63,311 bases of DNA, filler included, from Octopus bimaculoides (GCF_001194135.2; 12 parts of 11 records of this genome joined end to end with filler, not necessarily neighbours in it), one strand, 5' to 3'. Counted from the whole stretch's first letter, positions 40,555 through 55,362 are shown. Notes: a model not told the origin generated them from the letters alone. Made by a program: numbers and translations.

Positions 40555-41060
40555 TTCAGGTGATGAGCTGGCAGAATCCACTGAGCTGGCAGAATACGAC
40601 CGAGCAAAGTGGTTAGTGGTATTTCTCCCATTGCCAAGGTCGACTTTGCTTTTCATCCTTTTGAGGTCAATCAATTAAGTACTGGGGTCAATGTAATCAA
40701 CTTAACTTCTCCTCCACCAAATTTCAGGCCTTAAGCCTATAGTAGAACTGATTATTATTATTATTATTATTATCATTATTATTATCATTATTATTATCAT
40801 TATTAAGGTGGTGAGCTGACAAAATGCTTAGCGGCATTTCGTCTGTCTTTACATTCTGGCAGAATTGTTAGCAGACTGAGTGAAATGCTTAGTGGCATTT
40901 CATCTGCCACTACATTCTGAGTTCAAACTCCGTCAGGGTCAGCTTTTCCTTTCATCCTTTCGGGGTCGATTAAATAAGTACCAGTTGAGTACTGGGGTCA
41001 ATATAATTGACTAACCCCCTTCCCCCATATTTCAAGTCTTGTGCCAATAGTAGAAAGGAT
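40555..41060 (+). mobile_element. Two family-2 SINE copies separated by (ATT)n
   Basis: GGTGATGAGCTGGCAGAATC… and GAGTTCAAACTCC…CCTTTCATCCTTTCGGGGTCGATTAAATAAGTACCAG. Confidence 0.75.
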
Positions 41061-42024
41061 TATTATTGTTGTTGTTGTTGTTAATGCTGCTTTTGTTGTT
41101 ATTATCAATGACAATTACAGTTTTAACTTACACAATACAACATTAACCATTGTTTCACTTTTCTATTTTGGCTGTTTAATGCTAAATTCCTTGTCAAATT
41201 CTAATAAATGCTTCATTGAAGATCATTTTCAGATATTGAACTTTTCTAAAACTAATGAGGAATATTAGCAATTCTTGTCTTGTTTCCGACCAAACATTGA
41301 CAATATTGCTGACATTTATATCCGTCTTTGAAATAAGAACAGCTAAAAACTAAAATGGAAATTTCTTGCTGATAACATTGTTCTTTGAGCATTCAGTTTA
41401 TCCTCAGTTGTTACAGTGAAGGAAGTTAGAAGAATATTGCAGCCATTCAAACATCAAGTGCAAGGCTGAATACAGTAGCAGAAACTGTTTATGAAGGCAA
41501 AATTCAGCTTGTGTTTGACACTGAGATGTATATGTATGCATTTGTGTGTGTGTGTGTGTATGTGTCTGTATACAGGGTGGCCCAAAAGTAGGTTTACAGT
41601 TATTCAACTATCACTTTCACATTCATATATTAACAATTTAGATCTTAATTATAAAAATATATGAAACCATTATTCTATGCTAATTTAGTTACTTGTAAGA
41701 TATCTCTCTCTCTCAATCTCTGTATATGTAGGCACAAGAGTGGCTGTGTGGTAAGCAGCTTGCTTCCCAACCTCATAGTTCTGGGTTCAATCCCACTGCG
41801 TGGCACCTTGGGCAAGTGTCTTCTGCTTTAGCCTCGAGCTGACCAAACGCAGATTTTCATCGATGGTATGATTCGTCAGGCCCGCAGAAGGGAAAAATAG
41901 TACATGAAGTGAAGGGATCTCATTTAGAGCAAAAGCAACAGCAATAAAATGTGAATGTTAAGGAGATACAAAATCCCTATGTGATGAAGGTAAATACTAC
42001 TACTACTACTAATAATAACAATAA

Positions 42025-42195
42025 TAATCCTTTCTACTATAGGCACAAGGCCTAGAATTTGTGGGGAAGAAGATAGCCGATCACATCGACTCCAGTACTT
42101 GACTGGTACTTAATATATTTACCCCGTAAGGATGAAAGGCAAAGTTGATCCCGGCGGAATTTTTCAAACTCAGAACGTAAAGACGGATGAAATGA
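42025..42195 (-). mobile_element. SINE family 2
   Basis: CCTTTCTACTATAGGCACAAGGCC…GGATGAAAGGCAAAGTTGATCCCGGCGGAAT. Confidence 0.75.
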
Positions 42196-44469
42196 GAGTA
42201 AATTGTGGCCTTAAGAATATTATTCAACTACTACCATAGTTGGATGATATATACTAATAAACAAATTAAATACTAATAAATAAATCATGAGAATCCTAGT
42301 TTGATAGCAAAAGATGGAATACTGATATAGAAAAGAATATGAAGAGGTTAGCTGATTAATACTCAGTCATAGATCATATAACAAGAGTCAAATTTCACAT
42401 ATACAATTGCTTCAAACACTCCCATGAAAAATGAAGAATGTTTGTTAAACGAGGACTCATGAAAATAGATAAGTTTCTAATGAAGAAGTGATGATCATAT
42501 GTCAATAAGAAAAAGAAAGATAGAAAAGAGAAGGAAGAAAGAACACAAGAAAATTCTTTAACAAAAGACACAACCTAACCTCAAAAGTCACCATTTATTG
42601 TGACCTGAGCATACAAATTCTGTCACTAATTTCCTTTAAATGTGCTCCTAATATTAGCAATGTTTGGTATCAATCTTGAACTTTTAAACTCCAGTTTAAT
42701 TGCTAGTTTGAAATAACTCCACAATTACTTGAAATATCATTGTGATAATCTAGGTTATAATTAAATTGTTTAATTAATCTTTTCACATTATAACCTTGCT
42801 TACTCATTCATTTATAAAATCGCTGGTTACCTCTACCAATAAATTACATCAATATATTACTTATTTTCAGTAAATATTTTATTGATTTTTACCTTATCTT
42901 TTGCACTTGGCTTCATCAGCTTCTACAGGTTTTCAGTCAAGTTTTAGCATATTTAAAACTATTTGTATATTTTTTAATTACTCATGCATCTGACATTATT
43001 CAGAAAATACCAACCACTTCATTGACAAATCATTCCTGTTTAATTCACTGATATGATAACTTGACGTTTGATTTCTTTTTTGTAAGTGTTACTTGTTACA
43101 ACAAGCATCTACTTAGCACTATGCAATCTTTACTCTTTACTCATTGCTACACGAGGCTTCAACATTTCAACTTACTCTACACAGTGTTGTTAGCTTCAGG
43201 TGGAGGTGATGAGTGGAGTCGTGGTTTTGAAGGATGTGTAGAAAAAATTCATTAATCAACGAGGGTATTTCAGCAAAGAGTTCGAGGAAGAATAGTTTGA
43301 GCAAATTGGAAAGAATGAAAATTTTTTTCTTCCACAAATCATTCTTCCTCAATCACAAAAATATGGGGGAATTGTTAATGGTTCAGTATTTTTAACATAA
43401 TATTTGCAAATTTACAACTAGATTTTCTGTATCAAGAACTGCTGCACTTTAAGAAAAAAATATATATCAAACTTCTTAGAGTCTTCATGAAATTGATTTA
43501 AGCCCACTTGTTGCATTACCCATGATAAAAGAAAGCAAAACTCACATATTGACAATAATGGTTATAAAGCTAATAGTTTCTTCAAACATTCAATTTAGTT
43601 GTTTGTATATCATGTTTCTTTATGTCAACCAATCATCCTTATACTTAACACAGAATATTTGTGTTTGTTGTATGAACAAATTACACATTTTAGAACAGTT
43701 GCTACTGGTTAGTTGAAATGATTGTCCACAGTTGGTATGGAATATTAGTTTATAGTTTATTTGTTTTTAATATTGCAGTCTGTGTATAACAGGGTCATTG
43801 GCTACAGGTTTACAATGAGCCAATAACTGGTTCAATGCACTTCTGACTGTGCTGAGAGTTACAAGGCAATATCTGCAATTTAGTATATCACAAGTGATTT
43901 GTTCCTAAAGCACCAGATTTTTCTGTTTTCTTGTCAATATTTATACCCTATGATAATATACTTTTATGGTTTGGAGGGATGGAGGGACACACACACACAC
44001 ATTTTTCATCTATCAAATTCCATTTATAAGGTATTGATCAACCTGGAGTCATGATAGAAGACACTTGCCCAGGGTGTTACACAGTAGTATTGAATACGAA
44101 ATCAAATGGTTGTAAGCTGGAGAGCTGCATCAGGCTCCATTCTGACTTGGCATGGTTTCTACAGTTTGATGCACTTCCTAATGCTAACCATATACATATA
44201 TTGTGCCTTCTACTAACTATATTTTAGAGTTAAAGCTTTGCTTTGATAAGATCTATCCAAAGTTGCCACTTTCAGGTATTTCCCATTGATAACAGCTAAA
44301 GAGCTAGAAACGTTGATGTCTGGGTATCCTGATAGCGAGCAACACCGGACAGATATGGCGTTTTTACACTTTTTACCATGAGAGAATTTTGCTCCACAGT
44401 AACAACAATGAATTTACCTTTTAGGAGTTGAGAATTGTCACACACATTTTAACTAACTTAAACTTCACA

Positions 44470-44885
<416 letters not shown>

Positions 44886-45114
44886 TTTCATGTTGAGAAC
44901 AATTTAGGTCTTAATAGACACAAGATGTGATTCATTTCTAGCACATTGAATGTCCACGTTAGTGGTCAACATTATATATAAAAATGTACTTTAATCTCCT
45001 GAGATTGCAGATACTGTTTCTGAATCTCTTTGATTCTTTAAATGTGCTAGCTTCCTGGTAATTAATCGATATTAATTAATATATGATTTTTTTACCCTAT
45101 TTTTTAATATATAT

Positions 45115-45149
<35 letters not shown>

Positions 45150-46136
45150 TATTGATTTCAAATTTTGGCACAAGGCCACATATATTCATTATATATTATA
45201 TATATGCATGTAAAGGTGTGTGTATGTTTCTGAGTGTCTTTGCATTTGCTCCCCACCCTACTGCTTGACCACTGGTCCCTGGTGTTGGTTTGTTTACATT
45301 CCCATAATTTAGCTGCTTAACAAAAAATACTAACAGAATGAGTACAAGACTTAAAAACGAACACAGGGATCAATTCATTTGACTAAACCCTTCAAAGTTA
45401 TGCTCCAGCATAGCCACAGTCCAATGACTGTAACAAATAAAAGATGTAAGACAAAACAATAAATAGCATTGTAAATACTTTTCCTTGAAAAGATATCATT
45501 TCTAATCATCACTAGATACCAAATTTGTCATGTGTATGTATTCATGCATTGGTCAGATTCGAACATACTAAAAATTCTTTTGGTATTCCAATATTCATTT
45601 TAATCACTATACTATATCATAACAAAGACTTTCTTTCACCAGATGTAGCTTCAATTCTGCATTATTTTGAACAATTTTTTTTTTGCATTTTCCATTAATG
45701 TAAACATGTATGTAATTTATTTATTATTAAATACAATATGTCATTTGCATGTTTTTGAGTTAGGAAACAAATTTGTTGTGATATTAGGATTTTTCTTATT
45801 GTTAAATAAAAGTTCATCAAAATATTTCCCTGTAATTTATTACTTTATACACTCCTTATCCTTTTCTCTTATATATTACTATATATTCTATAGGGTTTGC
45901 ATAATGATGCATTAAGGAGTTTTTTTATGTGTACTACCAGATTACTTGAAGCCATATATTGTGACTTAAATACAAACATACATATACATGAATGTATATA
46001 TAAATTTTATAACATTTTTCTGACATAGCAATTTAAATATATACTTTAACCATGTAACACTAGCCTTCTGTAGTTTTTTCACTCTTGTTTATCTTTTATA
46101 CATCTAACCACGTGCTTTCGCATACCAATTTTCTCA

Positions 46137-46178
<42 letters not shown>

Positions 46179-46179
46179 C

Positions 46180-47245
46180 TTCTTAATACCAACCACCTTA
46201 CAGAGTCTACTGGGTGCTTTTACATATCACCAGCATGGTGTGTTTATGACACTGGTACGGGTGCTTTTTATATGGCACTAGTACCTACAAGCCCACAAGT
46301 TTAGGAGGGACCCACAGAAGGGATGCCAGGGACAACCCTGTATGCAAGGACAGCCACACTTTTACTTAGTTTCACATGTCTTCTCAAGCACAACAAACTA
46401 CCAGGAGTCTTGGTCGCCTGTCATCCCTTCTGTGAGTTTCAACATCTATGGATCCTTCCTCACCACTTTGTTTCACATCTTCCTAGATCTATCTCTTCCA
46501 CATGTTTCCTCTACAATTAATGATCAGCGCTTCTTGATGGAACTGTCTTCATTCATATGCATTACATGACTATACCACAGCAGTCTTCTCTCTTGCACAC
46601 TACATCTGATGCCTTATATACCCAGTTTTTCTCTCAGATCACTTACACTCTGCTGCATATGCACCTGACACCATCCATCCAACGAAGAATACTGACTTCA
46701 TTTCTTTCAATCCTTCGCATATCCTCAGTAGTCACAACCCGTGTCCCACTGCTATATAACATAGCTGTTCATGTGCAGGCATCATACAATCTGCCTTTCA
46801 CTCTGAGGGAGAGGCCCTTCTTTACTAAGAGAGGTAGTAGCTTTCGGATTTTTTCCTAACCTGTTCTTATTCTTGCAGAACAACCTCCCCCACAACTAAC
46901 TTGGTCGCTTAAGTAACAGAAACTGTCAACCATTTCTAAGGATTCCCACTGTCATTTGAGGGAGTCTACTTCTTGTACATTCCTGATATTTAATGTACCT
47001 GCTTATCTGCCACATGTAAAGACTATGTTCTCTGTTAGTTTTCCAATGATATCACTGCACGTCTTATGCTTGCACTGAGTAAACTGTATGAAGTTTCTCC
47101 TGACACCTTTTCTACATATCTCCCTGAAGCAATCTGTGATTTGTCTGTTTTCCTTCTTATCAAGACTCTAGTCTCTGCTAAATTAACTCTAAGGCCCATT
47201 GATTCCAGTCCATGCTGCCATACTTGAAATTTCTTCTCTAGTTCT
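46180..47245 (-). mobile_element. Decayed RTE-clade LINE, 3' half
   Basis: LPELEKKFQVWQHGLESMGLRVNLAETRVL…, then LSLRVKGRLYDACT*TAMLYSS…; ends next to a TA repeat. Confidence 0.85.
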
Positions 47246-48469
47246 GGTAGTGATATATATATATCACGTTTTTTTCTTATTTTCTTACTGTCCAGTGTCC
47301 TTGTTTTTAAAATGTATATAATGCATAAACAGAGCCTGAGAGATTGCTTTAAGATACACAGTATATTTTATAAGTATGCCTGTTCAAGTATCATAATAGC
47401 ATGAAACTATTAGTAGCTCTTTCGGTTGTATATCTAAATTAATATTTATCTCTTACTGGGTGGAGTACTTCATTTGTTGATTTTACCTCTATTGGATCTT
47501 TAAACTATATATATATATGTATATATATATATATGTATATATAATACAAAGAATATATATACATGTATACACACATATATGTACATACTTACATCTACAT
47601 GTGTATATATATGCATATCAGGGTACAGGACGTTAGAACAATGAACTACAGACAACGGAACGAACACATAGGAAAACGGAAAGCCACTTGGAATATTCCT
47701 TAATCAGCTGTCTCTATTCTAACTAGACGTTTCGAAGATATATATATATATATATACATATATATAGGAAAGAGACAAGCAAAGAGAAAAAGTGATAGAC
47801 ATAGAGAAAGCAAGAGGTAAAGAAAATTTCAGAAGCTACCCATAACTATATTTACAACCTAATACACCAGCTTTGGGCAATTCATTAATGAAACATAATC
47901 GAATTTATTGAAATCATGTATTAATATAAGCTCAAGAGATATTTTAAAAGAAATGATAATGAAAGACAAATAACAGCAGTGATAACCAGAGTGATATCAA
48001 CCAATTAAGGGGGACTGAAGAATAAATTTAAGTAAGCATAAAGATAAAGATATTATATATTCAAATTCCCCACCAGCAGCGTGGAACGTTAACAAGAGAG
48101 TTTATGTGGTTCATTTTTTTTAAAGATTGATATTGTTTCTTTCATGATAATGTTTTGATTCACAGCCACAGCAAGTTGTTCCCAATGAAATTTAGCTATA
48201 GTGGAGCTGTGACTATGAATAAACAAGCAGATGTTTGCATTAGTACAAGCGGAAATGTGCCATACATGTGAGTGTATGTGTTTGTGTTTTTTATACATGT
48301 GTTTGTGTCTTTGTGCATGTGTATGTGTGTGTGCGTGCATGTGCGTGTATATGTGCATATTAAACACAAGTTTCAAAAAACATCCATTAAAAACAGACAA
48401 CTGAAACATAAATTATTGATGAGGCTAGCGATTGCCATTAAAAAGTAAAATGCAGGATGTGTCACTGAC

Positions 48470-48620
48470 CTAACAAATCCTCTAGGTGCTGCATATCCCT
48501 ATTTGTGGAGCCATGAACACAGTCAATTATAGGAGACATTTCACTATAACAGTAAGGGGCATTAACTGTAGTTGCTTTATCTTTCCAGCCATCAGATGTC
48601 TTTGATTCTTGCTGAGAATA
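48470..48620 (-). CDS. Internal coding exon of an unidentified host gene (151 nt, phase 0 to 1)
   Basis: Strong acceptor TTTGCTTACTTGTTTTACACTTTCCTTTGCAG and donor TAG|GTCAGT; only one frame open: YSQQESKTSDGWKDKATTVNAPYCYSEMSPIIDCVHGSTNRDMQHLEDLL(G). Confidence 0.7.
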
Positions 48621-48824
48621 CTGCAAAGGAAAGTGTAAAACAAGTAAGCAAAAGTGAATAAAACAAAGCAGCATGAGACCAAAGAATTAAAAGATAAAAT
48701 TAATATATTTTTATCATTTTTTATTTGTCGCCATTATTGGACTTCAGCAATGTTAGGGAACAACTTTTACATGTTTAATCAAACATACTGACACTAAGTA
48801 CTTATCTTTTAAGTGTAGCACTGA

Positions 48825-49430
48825 TAGTTCCTAACAACATGGTTCTGGGTTCAGTCCCACTGTGTGACACCTTGGGCAAGTGTCTTCTACTATATCCATG
48901 AGCCGATCAAAGCCCTGTAAGTGGATTTGGATTTGGTAGATGGAAGCTGAAGGAAGCCCGTCATGTGTGTGTGTGTGTGTGTGTGTTTGCATCTGTGTTT
49001 GTCCCTCATAACTGCTTGACAACTGGTGCTGGTGTGTTTACATCCTTGTATCTTAGCAGTTTGGCAAAAGAGACTGATGGAAAAACTACAAAGCTTAAGA
49101 GAAGAATAAGTACTGGGGTTGATTCAAACTAAAAATTCTTCAGGGCAGTACTCTAGTATGGTTGCAGTTAAATGACTCAAATGAATAAAAGACAAGAGAT
49201 AAAAGAAGATATAAAACAAAACACACCAGTTGTCAAGTGGTGAGGGAGAGAAAAACAAACATAAATATACACATACATATAAATATTTTGCAGGATTCCA
49301 CACAGTTTCCATCTACACTATTCAATCACAAGGCAATGATTGGCCCAAGGCCAAAGTAGAAGGCAGTTACTTGCCAAAGATTCCACACATTTTGCTACAA
49401 GGTGAGATTCTTAACCACACATGCATACCT
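48825..49430. mobile_element. Two heavily decayed family-1 SINEs (48825-49200 plus; 49200-49430 minus)
   Basis: GGTTCTGGGTTCAGTCCCACTGTGTGACACCTTGGGCAAGTGTCTTCTAC head; most CpGs mutated. Confidence 0.7.
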
Positions 49431-50357
49431 ACTTCTGTAATTAAGTTTCTATAATTACACAGAAAATATTGTTTGAAACATTCACAAACTTATTAACCTT
49501 GTTAACTAAGTGAAACTATACTGAATAGAAAGAGTTTAGTAAAACACCATGATTCATGCTTTCTCCAGAAAAGAATGCAATTACAGGAAGCAAAATCAAA
49601 ATTGAATTAGCAAGAACACAAAAAAATTAGATAAATTTGCAGCCAATATTTTTGGAGATCATCATTTTTTGTTTCATTATTTTATCATAAAGATTACCTA
49701 ACAAGAAATATCATTGTTTTCATAATTTTTCATAACAAAATGAAAAGAAACAACCAAACATAAACTAAAAAGAAAAAAATAAAGAAATTCATTGAGTTAA
49801 TAAATTACTAAGTTGTTCTTTTAAATACAGAATAAAAAGTTAAAAAGTAGAATATTTTTAACATCGGAAAAAAGGGTGAAAAGCAAAATGTTAGAAGGAC
49901 ATTAACATTTACTACAATAAATCAAATTTAACAATGAAGAAAGCGTTTTGCAGTGTTTTATATTATGCTGCTCTATGAATTTCTTCAGAAAAATCTTTTA
50001 TTTGAAAAATCTTTTATTTGGTAAATAAGTTCTGATAAAACTTTGGCAGCTATATAAGCAATTGTTTCTATTATTGTATGCTTCTTCTATAGTATCACAA
50101 TACCAATCATTACTATGCTTCTGTAGCATGGTTACTGCTGCTACTTTTGCTGCTGCAGTTGTTGCTGCTTCTACAGAGCTGAGCAGCACATAGGAACAAG
50201 TATCATTGTGAACTGCCAGCATCCTTCTCCAAATATTTGATGTCGTTGTCATGGCAATATGTTACAGTTACAACTGTGACATTATGTATATGTATAACAT
50301 ACCCACAAACATATATGAGGTATACATCTATATGTATATATATCTATATGTGTATGT

Positions 50358-50394
<37 letters not shown>

Positions 50395-50407
50395 NNNNNN
50401 NNNNATA

Positions 50408-50440
<33 letters not shown>

Positions 50441-50521
50441 GCATAAATATATATGTATATAAGTTTGTGTGCATATGTATATATACATACATATAAATAT
50501 ATATACATCCATCCATCCATC

Positions 50522-50595
<74 letters not shown>

Positions 50596-50695
50596 NNNNN
50601 NNNNNNNNNNNNNNNNNNNNNNNNNNNNNNNNNNNNNNNTTAATTAATTAANNNNNNNNNNNNNNNNNNNNNNNNNNNNNNNNNNNNNNNNNNNN

Positions 50696-52105
50696 CAGTT
50701 CACAAATATATCTATCCTCCTGGGTTTTGAAGACTGAAAGTGCTGTGGAGTGAGGGTATTTTTTGAGAATGTGCACCTCCAGGTCATCCTCAAATTTACA
50801 CTCGTTTGATGTGAAATGCTCCGCAAGTTTCGTGGAACCACTATTATTGTGCGTAACGTCGTTCCTATGTCCGTTAAATCTTTTTTCTAATTGTTCTTTT
50901 GTGCAACCAACATAAATCATTTTGTGTTTGGTGCATTCCGCTGCATACACCAAATAGAAATTCTTATTTCTTTATTGCTCACAAGGGGCTAAACATAAAG
51001 GGGACAAACAAGGACAGACAGAGGGATTAAGTCGATTACATCGACCCCAGTGCGTAACTGGTACTTAATTTATCGACCCCGAAAGGATGAAAAGCAAAGT
51101 CGACCTCGGCGGAATTTGATCTCAGAACGTAACAGCAGACGAAATACCGTTAAGCATTTCGCCCGGTGTGCTAACGTTTCTATCAGCTCGCCGCTTAGAG
51201 AAATTCTTTTAGATCCCCGCTTCTGTGTAAATCATAACATTTCTGTTATAATTCTTGATGGAATTGGTCTGACTCATGTTATTGCACAACGAACAGGGCT
51301 TACCTCTCTTATGGCTGTTTATTGGGGGAGCAGCGTTCAGATACTCCAATGGAGTTTTTATTAGAGGTACTGGCCAATATTTCTCTAATACTTCTATTAC
51401 GTCTGAAGGCTACAATAGGCAGATGAAGAAATATTTGTTGGAGATCAGGATATTTTTCTGAAATATGTTGGTAACTGTCATGCAGCACTTTTGAAATGCC
51501 AGCGAAACTTCGGTGCCAGTTAATCACTAAAGGAATTCGGCCATAAGATCTTTTCTGACTGCCAAAATTAGGCGTGAAAGTTTGATTATCACTACTAATT
51601 TCAGCTACGTCATTCGCGATTTCCGTTAATCTTGATTTGCTATAACCGCGCTTTACATAACTGCGCTCAAAAGTATTTACATATTTCCAATAACCACCAA
51701 TTTCTGTGCAAATACATCTAATCCTTAAAAACTGGGACTTCGGATTTGATCTGATTTTATGATGTGGATGATCAGAGCGGCGGTGGAAATACATATGGCG
51801 TGACGTGGGTTTGCAAAATAATTCTGTGACCATTCGGCCTTCCGAAAACTTCACTTTTATGTCCAAAAATTCGACCCTTGTTTTTGAAAATCTCGACGTG
51901 AATTTTATTCTGGACTTAAAGACAAAGTCTTCCGCGAAGCAGTTACAGAAATGTAAAAATTTGACTAAACTATCTTCTGTTCCTTCCCAGTCAATGAACC
52001 GTAACCAGAACATAGATTCATGACAATGCAAGGATTTGAATGTCTCCATTAACTGCGTTTCAAATTTTGTCATGAAGACATTTGTGAAATTAACTGCCAT
52101 AGGGC
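50696..52105 (-). mobile_element. Penelope-like element, RT C-terminus plus GIY-YIG (third family), split by a SINE
   Basis: 263-aa ORF with WLRFID, VEFLDIKV, KPTSRHMYFHRRSDHPHH, SQFLRIRCIC, PIVAFRRNRSIREIL; then KPCSLC; then LVYAAECTKHKMIYVGCTKEQLEKRFNGHR…LAEHF. Confidence 0.93.
50966..51198 (-). mobile_element. Young family-2 SINE with 10-bp TSD
   Basis: AGAAATTCTT at 50956-50965 and 51199-51208 flank a complete copy. Confidence 0.9.
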
Positions 52106-52340
52106 ATCCTTTCTACTATAGACACAAGGCCTGGAATTTGGAGGAAGTGGATAGTCGATTACATCGACCCCAATGTTTTATACTGCTACTTATTTTATCG
52201 ACCCTGAAAGGTTGAAAGGCAAAGTCGACCTCGGCGGAATTTGAACTCCGGGTACTCTATTTTATCAAGCCCAGAACGATGGAAGTCAACGTTGACCTCG
52301 GCGGGATTTGAACGCAGAACATAGAAAGCCGGAAGAAATA
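52105..52340 (-). mobile_element. Family-2 SINE(s) truncating the PLE
   Basis: CCTTTCTACTATAGACACAAGGCC…GGCAAAGTCGACCTCGGCGGAATTTGAACTC, with a second partial copy. Confidence 0.8.
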
Positions 52341-52429
52341 TTAGTAGGCGTTAAAAAATAATGGTTTCTTCATTAGCCACAGCGGCTCATAGAAAATCGT
52401 AGGAGAATATAACAAGGATAAAGTAGCGA

Positions 52430-53030
52430 AAACAGGGAGAGTTTTTACTTGTAAGCAAAATGTTAATAAAAACAGACGGTAGCAATAATATTTCAAAGAG
52501 GTTATCTCGAACCGGCAATGAACCCTGGTAGCATTTCTAGGTCAATGATTTCTGGAAACTATCCATGGGTACTTGACCGAATGTCGTTCAGAACAGAACA
52601 GAGCAACCAGTTGATTTTTGTCGACACCCGGAGTTTTTCCGAGAAAGTCGTCGCTCTTATCCGCCACTAATCTTCCGCAGAATGTTAATGTAGAATTTCA
52701 GCTGTCCGTATTGCTTGATTCGTAGAGGGCTATGAAGGCTTGACAACATTCTAGATGCCAAGAACTATATCTCGGTCTCTGCTTGACTCTGGACTGCAGC
52801 TCCATTAAAGAACACGTGCTAGGGGAAAAAGCGTGTTTGACAAACGGCGATCATATCTGTTCTCTGTCAAAGAATCACTGGAAATGTAACCTCAATGCGT
52901 GTCTGCGCTGCGTATCATTGACCACTTGCAGACTCAGTCCTTCACCTAGCAAGTGTTGACACCAGATAGACTTCCTGACGAGTGGAGGGCATGGATTTGC
53001 ATCTTTACGTGTCTAGCTATAGGTCCACCG
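52430..53030 (-). mobile_element. Tx1/L1-clade LINE ORF2 C-terminal relic
   Basis: LVADKSDDFLGKTPGVDKNQLVALF…TFGQVPMDSFQKSLT*KCYQGSLPVRDNL; homologous to 20263-20417. Confidence 0.7.
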
Positions 53031-53939
53031 ACATTATTAAGGCGGTGAGTTGGCGGAGTCGTTAGCACGCCGGACAAAATGCCGTCCTGCTCTTTTATGT
53101 TTTGAGTTCAAATTCTGTCGAAGTCAATCAGTTTTGCTTTTTACTTATGCGAGGTCGATCAAATAAGATAGCAAAGTACTGCGGTCCATGGAACCAACTT
53201 GCTCCTTCGCTTCACAATTGTTGATTTGGTACCAAAATTAGTAGTAGTAGTAGTAGTAAAAGTAGTAACTCCCATGCCACCTTAATACTCCAGTACTTTA
53301 TTGCTGTCTCCTAGTACATGTGCTACTCCACCCTCTATTCATGAAACCACTTAACCCATTCACTCGACTGTCTGTCTGCTTGCCCGCCTGCCCGCCTGCC
53401 CGCCTGTCTTTCTGTTTGTCTCAGTCTGTCTGTCTGTCTCTCTCTCACTCACTCACTCATTCACTCACTCACTCACTCTCTCTTTCTCTTTCTCTCTCTC
53501 TCTACATATATATACATCCCCTCCCCCCTCTCTCTCTCTCTCTCTCCGTATCTATATCTATCTATATCTATATATATATATGTATACCTTGACCTACTTC
53601 CCGTTTCATTACTAATCTTTCCATTTCTCTCACTTTTGCTTTCTTCCTCCCACCTTTCAGTTGACACATTTGTGTATAAAGTATGTGCTTATGCATGTAT
53701 ATATATATATAATACTCTCTCTCCTTCCTTTCCCGAGCGTCCAATTACACTATCCGTATCACGTTCTCACTTTGTTGTTTTTTTGTTATTGTTTTTTGTG
53801 TTTTTTGAACCTATATATATATATATATATATATATATNNNNNNNNNNNNNNNNNNNNNNNNNNNNNNNNNNNNNNNNNNNNTTAATTAATTAANNNNNN
53901 NNNNNNNNNNNNNNNNNNNNNNNNNNNNNNNNNNNNNNT

Positions 53940-54145
53940 ATGCAGACACGCTCGTCCCACATCCCAGCTCTCGTGGGATGCCCCTCAGCGTCGCCAGCTT
54001 CCGTAGTAGAGGCTCAAGAGTCAATACATACAGAAGGGCCGAGAGGGGGCATCCTTGACGAACCGAACGCATGATGCCGAAAGGTCTGGATAGATGACCG
54101 TTTACGCGAACTACCGAGCGGATGCCGCTGTATAAGGCAGCGTCG
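53940..54145 (-). mobile_element. Tx1/L1-clade RT fragment
   Basis: AALYSGIRSVVRVNGHLSRPFGIMRSVRQGCPLSALLYVLTLEPLLRKL. Confidence 0.9.
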
Positions 54146-54199
54146 AGGGAGCAGTGATTGGGTTTTTTTTTTTTAATATATTTTCAATTTTTTCATATT

Positions 54200-55362
54200 T
54201 CTTTGAGTATCTCTTTGCAGTTTATCATTTTTAATATTTGCGTGTGTGTTATTCTAAGGTCGTGGTGGATATGTCATTTGTTGTTGATACTTTCAGAAGG
54301 GGTCTGTATTTTGTGATAAAGAGAGACTCTTTACTAATTCTTTGGCTGTAGGTTGTATCGTCTCTGAATTGATAGAGGGTAAACATTCTGAAACCTGGAT
54401 TTTTGTTATTGGCGCAAATATCGATGTGTTGACTGAATGCTATTTTTTCTGTTTTTCGGAATTTTAATCTGGGATTTGTGCAGAGCCATCCGTTGACACA
54501 GACTGTTTTTTGTTTGCCCTATATACTGCTCTTGACACCCAGAGCAGGTTAGTATGTATATCAGGTTTTCCGAAGTACATGTGAAGTTACGTTTCACTGA
54601 AATTTTGTCCCTGTTTGAAGGAGAACTCTGATCCCTCAATTAAATTGATGCATATCCCGCAGTTGGGTCTACCGCATTTTTTTTTTACTGACGGCTTCAG
54701 TGTTGTTGTTGAGCGTATTCAAGCTTGTATTAGGAGACTTTTCATAGATTTGGGCTGTCTCTTGCGTTTTTTAATGGTGTGTGTTTGGAGGATTAAGTTC
54801 ATTCTGTGGTCCTTTTTTAGCAGGGCAATGTTTTGAAGGATGGTGTCGAAGGCTTCGTTGTTAAGAGGGTTGTATGTGNNNNNNNNNNCAATGTTTTGAA
54901 GGATGGTGTCGAAGGCTTCGTTGTTAAGAGGGTTGTATGTGAAAATGTATGGTAGGGCTTTTGGTTGTAAGACCTTCTTTAATTTGGGATGTCTGTGTTC
55001 GTGTATGCAGAGTTGAATGGCTCGTTGAAAGCATGTGTCAACTAGTGTAGATGGGTAGTTCCTGGTGGTGAGAGTATCCTTTAGTTCATGTAGTCGAGTG
55101 TCCCTGGTGCTTGCATTAGAAACTATAGTACATATCCTTTTTGCTAGGTTGAAGGGGATGTTCATTCTGGTGTGTTTAGGGTGGCATGAGTTGAACGGTA
55201 GATATTGCTTTGAGTCCGTGGGTTTATAGTATGTATCTGTTTCTATTACGTTGTTAGATTTCTTAATAAGTATGTCGAGGAAGGGAAGTTGTTGATGGCT
55301 ATATTCCATCGTGAATTGAATGTTTACGTCAAGTCCATTTATAAGTGCTTGAAATTCTTGAA

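Noticed and set aside
41845-41885. Minus-strand CTGACGA-ATC…GAT-GAAA
   Set aside because: No valid NUH triplet with a matching stem I
43167-43352. Helical-looking minus-strand ORF ending at a GTAAGT donor
   Set aside because: No convincing in-frame acceptor; upstream frames are closed by stops
49998-50252. 84-aa minus-strand ORF with an Ala-rich run
   Set aside because: Driven by a degenerate CAG/GCA repeat; splice sites ambiguous
54829-54940. Direct repeats across 10-N gaps (also 22930-23030), and 16545/16770 next to a larger gap
   Set aside because: Typical unmerged contig overlaps, most likely artefacts
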